The notes below the pieces were generated by a model that saw only the letters and a list, made by a program, of their open reading frames with translations, was not told the origin of the DNA and did no database searches. From Candidatus Zhuqueibacterota bacterium (GTDB lineage Bacteria > Zhuqueibacterota > Zhuqueibacteria > Residuimicrobiales > Krinioviventaceae), in NCBI GenBank assembly GCA_034521575.1, contig JAXHMJ010000001.1, positions 263,282-327,281 of the forward strand: a DNA stretch of 64,000 bases. The letters are read 5' to 3'. Both the position numbers and the translations under genes were made by a program. Positions 61,182 to 64,000 of the stretch are shown piece after piece. Position 1 is the stretch's first letter. Each line of letters starts with the position of its first letter.

Positions 61182-62582
61182 GTGCTGCCGAGATCAAATA
61201 TCCTTTTGCCTGTTCTAAAGCCGTTGATTGATTTGATAGAACAGCGGATTGGGATGAGTTTCAATGAGGACGAGTATGCTGATCTTTACAAGATCATGAA
61301 CCGTATGTCTGAATCTCAGGGATATCGTTCGGTTGGCAGCTATATTAATGATCTTTTGCAAAACCGGATTAATTACGGGCAGCTTAATCTCCTGGTTTAC
61401 GAGTTGACAAATGGAGAATCATATTTTTTTCGCGAAAGTGAATATCTGCATGCTGTGTTTAAATGGACCGGTCCGATGATACAGAAAGCCGCTCCAAGCG
61501 GTAAAAAAATCCGCATTTGGTCTGCGGGCTGCAGCTGCGGCCAGGAACCGTATTCCATTGCCATTTTGCTGGATCGTTATTATCCGGCATTTTATCAAGC
61601 TAACTTGACCCTGCTGGGCACGGACATTAACCACGAGTTTCTGGTAACTGCACGTCAGGGGTTGTATAAAAGCTGGTCGTTCCGAAATTCCTTGTCCTGG
61701 TTGATGGGACATTATTTCCTTCAACAAAAAAACGGGTCTTATCGTCTCAAAGAATCAATCCGGAGCAAAGTCAAATTCAAGCAATTGAATCTGCTTGATG
61801 ATTCATATCCGGATGTACAACAGGATACCGGTGAGGTGCATTTTTTGTTTTGCCGCAATGTTCTTTCATATATGACTCCCCAGGCGATATCTGTAATTCT
61901 GGAAAAGTTTTGGAAATCACTAAAGCCGAATGGCTGGCTTGTGGTAGGGCGCTGCGAGACCGGATTGGTGCATCATTCCGGCTTTAAAGCAGTATCTTTT
62001 GATGGAGTGACTCTGTTCCAGAAACAGCGTCAAAAAAAGATACAGGCACCTGAATACAACATAGTTACTGTGAAACACAAACACGGCACTCCGGACGATG
62101 TGCTGAAGGAGCATTTGATTTCGATCCCGGAAAAATTTTACCAGCTGGGTCAGTTTGAAAAGGCTTACTCTCTATTAAATCAGGAAAATGGAAACCTTTC
62201 CGCCGGGGACTGTCTGTTGATGTCAAAATGTGCCCAAGGGATGAATCGAATCAATGAGGCCATGCAATGGTGTGATGAGGCGGTTCAGCATGACTGGTTC
62301 AATCCTTCTTGCCATTATCAGCGAGCTATTATACAACAGGAACGAGGTGACTCGGATGCAGCCATTCTTTCGTTTCAGCGTGCGATTGCTCAGGATTCCC
62401 AATATCTGCCGGCGTATATGGGGTTGTCATTTATTTATAAAACTCGGAACAAGAATGAACTGGTGGTAAAATTGATTCATGTGGTGCGTAAAATGCTGAA
62501 TCAGTTGGATGACCAAACTGTTATTCCGGAAATGGATGGAATGACCGTTAAACGATTAAAGGAATTTGTAAATAGCGTATGA
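61182..62582 (+). CDS. cheR: CheR-type methyltransferase with C-terminal TPRs (WspC-like)
   Basis: LTNGESYFFRE, RIWSAGCSCGQEPYSIA, GTDIN, LFCRNVL; TPR helices at the C-terminus. Confidence 0.85.
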   Translation: MLPRSNILLPVLKPLIDLIEQRIGMSFNEDEYADLYKIMNRMSESQGYRSVGSYINDLLQNRINYGQLNLLVYELTNGESYFFRESEYLHAVFKWTGPMIQKAAPSGKKIRIWSAGCSCGQEPYSIAILLDRYYPAFYQANLTLLGTDINHEFLVTARQGLYKSWSFRNSLSWLMGHYFLQQKNGSYRLKESIRSKVKFKQLNLLDDSYPDVQQDTGEVHFLFCRNVLSYMTPQAISVILEKFWKSLKPNGWLVVGRCETGLVHHSGFKAVSFDGVTLFQKQRQKKIQAPEYNIVTVKHKHGTPDDVLKEHLISIPEKFYQLGQFEKAYSLLNQENGNLSAGDCLLMSKCAQGMNRINEAMQWCDEAVQHDWFNPSCHYQRAIIQQERGDSDAAILSFQRAIAQDSQYLPAYMGLSFIYKTRNKNELVVKLIHVVRKMLNQLDDQTVIPEMDGMTVKRLKEFVNSV

Positions 62583-64000
62583 ATGATTTGGAGCGGACAA
62601 TCCTGATTATTGAAAACAGCTCTGCTCAGCAGCTGTTGATTCGAAACAAGCTACAAAAGGCAGGTTACAATCCAGTGTTGTTTTCCGATGTGCCGGGCGG
62701 TATGGAATATCTGGAAACGCAGCGCACTGACGGGATCATTTGTGATCTAATGCTGCCATCCATGGGAGGCGTTCAGTTTTGTCAGGCCGTAAAGACAGAC
62801 AATCGGTTCAGACATATCCCGGTCATCTGCTTTACCTTGTCAAATGATGATGAATTGCTGACCGAGGCGGAACATGTGTTTGACAGCTGTGTATCCAAAA
62901 GCCACGGGACCGAGGCTCTGATCAAAGAATTGGAGCATTGCTTAGAACGTGAATCCCGTTATGATATACTGCTGGTGGAGGACAGTCGTCCTCAAATTAT
63001 GTGTCTTGAGCGTCTGTTGAATAAACACAGTATTTCTCATCAGGTCTGTTACGACAGCAATGAGGCATTTTCCGTCATTGAAAATAACCCTCCTTCTTTG
63101 GTCATCAGTCATATCAGTTTGCCCAATATGGATGGAATTCACCTGAGCCGTCAAATAAAATCCCTGTCCCCCGGAAACAATATTCCGGTGATCTTGTACG
63201 GCTCTATTCATGAAATTGATTTTTATGATGTACTGTCTTCCAATGCAGACTATTTTTTACCCCAGCCGTTGAATGAACAGTTGTTTGTTAAAAAGATACA
63301 AGCAGCGCTGGCCAGTAGTCACGGCGCCTATAAACCGGGTCCCAGGTACAGTATTGTGCCCATAGATGGGAATGGTGAATCAGTTTTCACGGTTTCGCAT
63401 GCACAAATGCTGGAATTCATGGAGACTCTATATCAAACGGTTAATTTTCAGATCCAGGAAATTCGTAATATACGCAAGCAAAAAATATCCCCTGTTCAAC
63501 AGGAACCTGCCGCGGCTGCTGTACCGGCGAAACCTGAAGACAAAAACAGAGACGATAGCATACCAGGGGCTTTGTCGGATTTGCTGTGGGAGTGGCACAT
63601 ATCCGGTCATACGATTCATTGCGAGCCGTCTTTTTGGCAATTTTTGGGAAAAAACGATTCCGATACTGATATATCACCGCACGAATGGGAGAATCGAATT
63701 CATCCTGATGATGTTAACCGGGCTCAGAATGACATCCAGACTGCGTTCGAAATCGGTGTGATGCGCTGGTCAGAGTATCGGCTTCGTATGGAATATGGAG
63801 ACTGGGTTTGGGTGGTTCGCCGCGGTAAAGTTGTGAAAATTGATCAGAACGGGCACCCGTTGATCATGTCCGGGCATTTAATGATCATGCCGGTAGCCGG
63901 TTCGCATCTTGATCATTCCCGGCGCAATAATGACACAGGCGATATTGAATATGATATTAAACGCAGTACCATGTTTGAATGGGATATTTATACCAATCAG
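62579..64000 (+). CDS. REC-REC-PAS signalling protein, partial (runs off window end)
   Basis: MNDLERTILIIEN...IICDLMLPSMGG; second REC ILLVEDS...LVISHISLPNMDG; PAS_3 WEWHI...RIHPDD...EYRLR. No stop seen before 64000. Confidence 0.75.
   Translation, partial: MNDLERTILIIENSSAQQLLIRNKLQKAGYNPVLFSDVPGGMEYLETQRTDGIICDLMLPSMGGVQFCQAVKTDNRFRHIPVICFTLSNDDELLTEAEHVFDSCVSKSHGTEALIKELEHCLERESRYDILLVEDSRPQIMCLERLLNKHSISHQVCYDSNEAFSVIENNPPSLVISHISLPNMDGIHLSRQIKSLSPGNNIPVILYGSIHEIDFYDVLSSNADYFLPQPLNEQLFVKKIQAALASSHGAYKPGPRYSIVPIDGNGESVFTVSHAQMLEFMETLYQTVNFQIQEIRNIRKQKISPVQQEPAAAAVPAKPEDKNRDDSIPGALSDLLWEWHISGHTIHCEPSFWQFLGKNDSDTDISPHEWENRIHPDDVNRAQNDIQTAFEIGVMRWSEYRLRMEYGDWVWVVRRGKVVKIDQNGHPLIMSGHLMIMPVAGSHLDHSRRNNDTGDIEYDIKRSTMFEWDIYTNQ

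Noticed and set aside
1-64000. Numerous antisense and nested ORFs in the ORF track (e.g. 3101-4234, 39043-40017, 40738-41691, 48881-49615)
   Set aside because: They are shadows of well-supported genes on the opposite strand or frame, with no recognisable motifs.

Overview
A 64-kb bacterial chromosomal window. The backbone is moderately GC-rich by eye and carries sugar catabolism genes (GH97, GH2, sulfatase, GH15), a signal-transduction cluster and housekeeping genes (glnS, ychF, argS, rsfS). It is interrupted at ~8.2-30.1 kb by a ~22-kb AT-rich integron cassette island. The island has 9 well-formed attC sites (~100-140 bp), one tentative attC and one half attC. In eight cassettes the R' start is complementary over 9-10 bp to the R'' end (one mismatch in one case). 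No intact integrase is present. Instead, a ~360-bp module occurs twice (8194-8552 and 18643-18998, about 94% identical by hand alignment). It looks like a decayed 3' end of a tyrosine recombinase gene (EQGTDLRYI) fused to an attI-like GTT crossover, and each copy heads a sub-array. The most unusual cargo is (i) a single ~7.4-kb cassette carrying three large lipoprotein carbohydrate-active enzymes and (ii) a two-gene PIN-GNAT-PUA/ASCH + ASCH cassette, a candidate defence or toxin module. The array also contains an IS1380-family element with a 5-bp target duplication and an internally deleted group II intron. Elsewhere there are many deletion scars, a degraded tRNA-like sequence just after glnS, and a frameshift in argS, which warns that some indels may be consensus errors. 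All family assignments come from motif recognition by eye; no searches were run.
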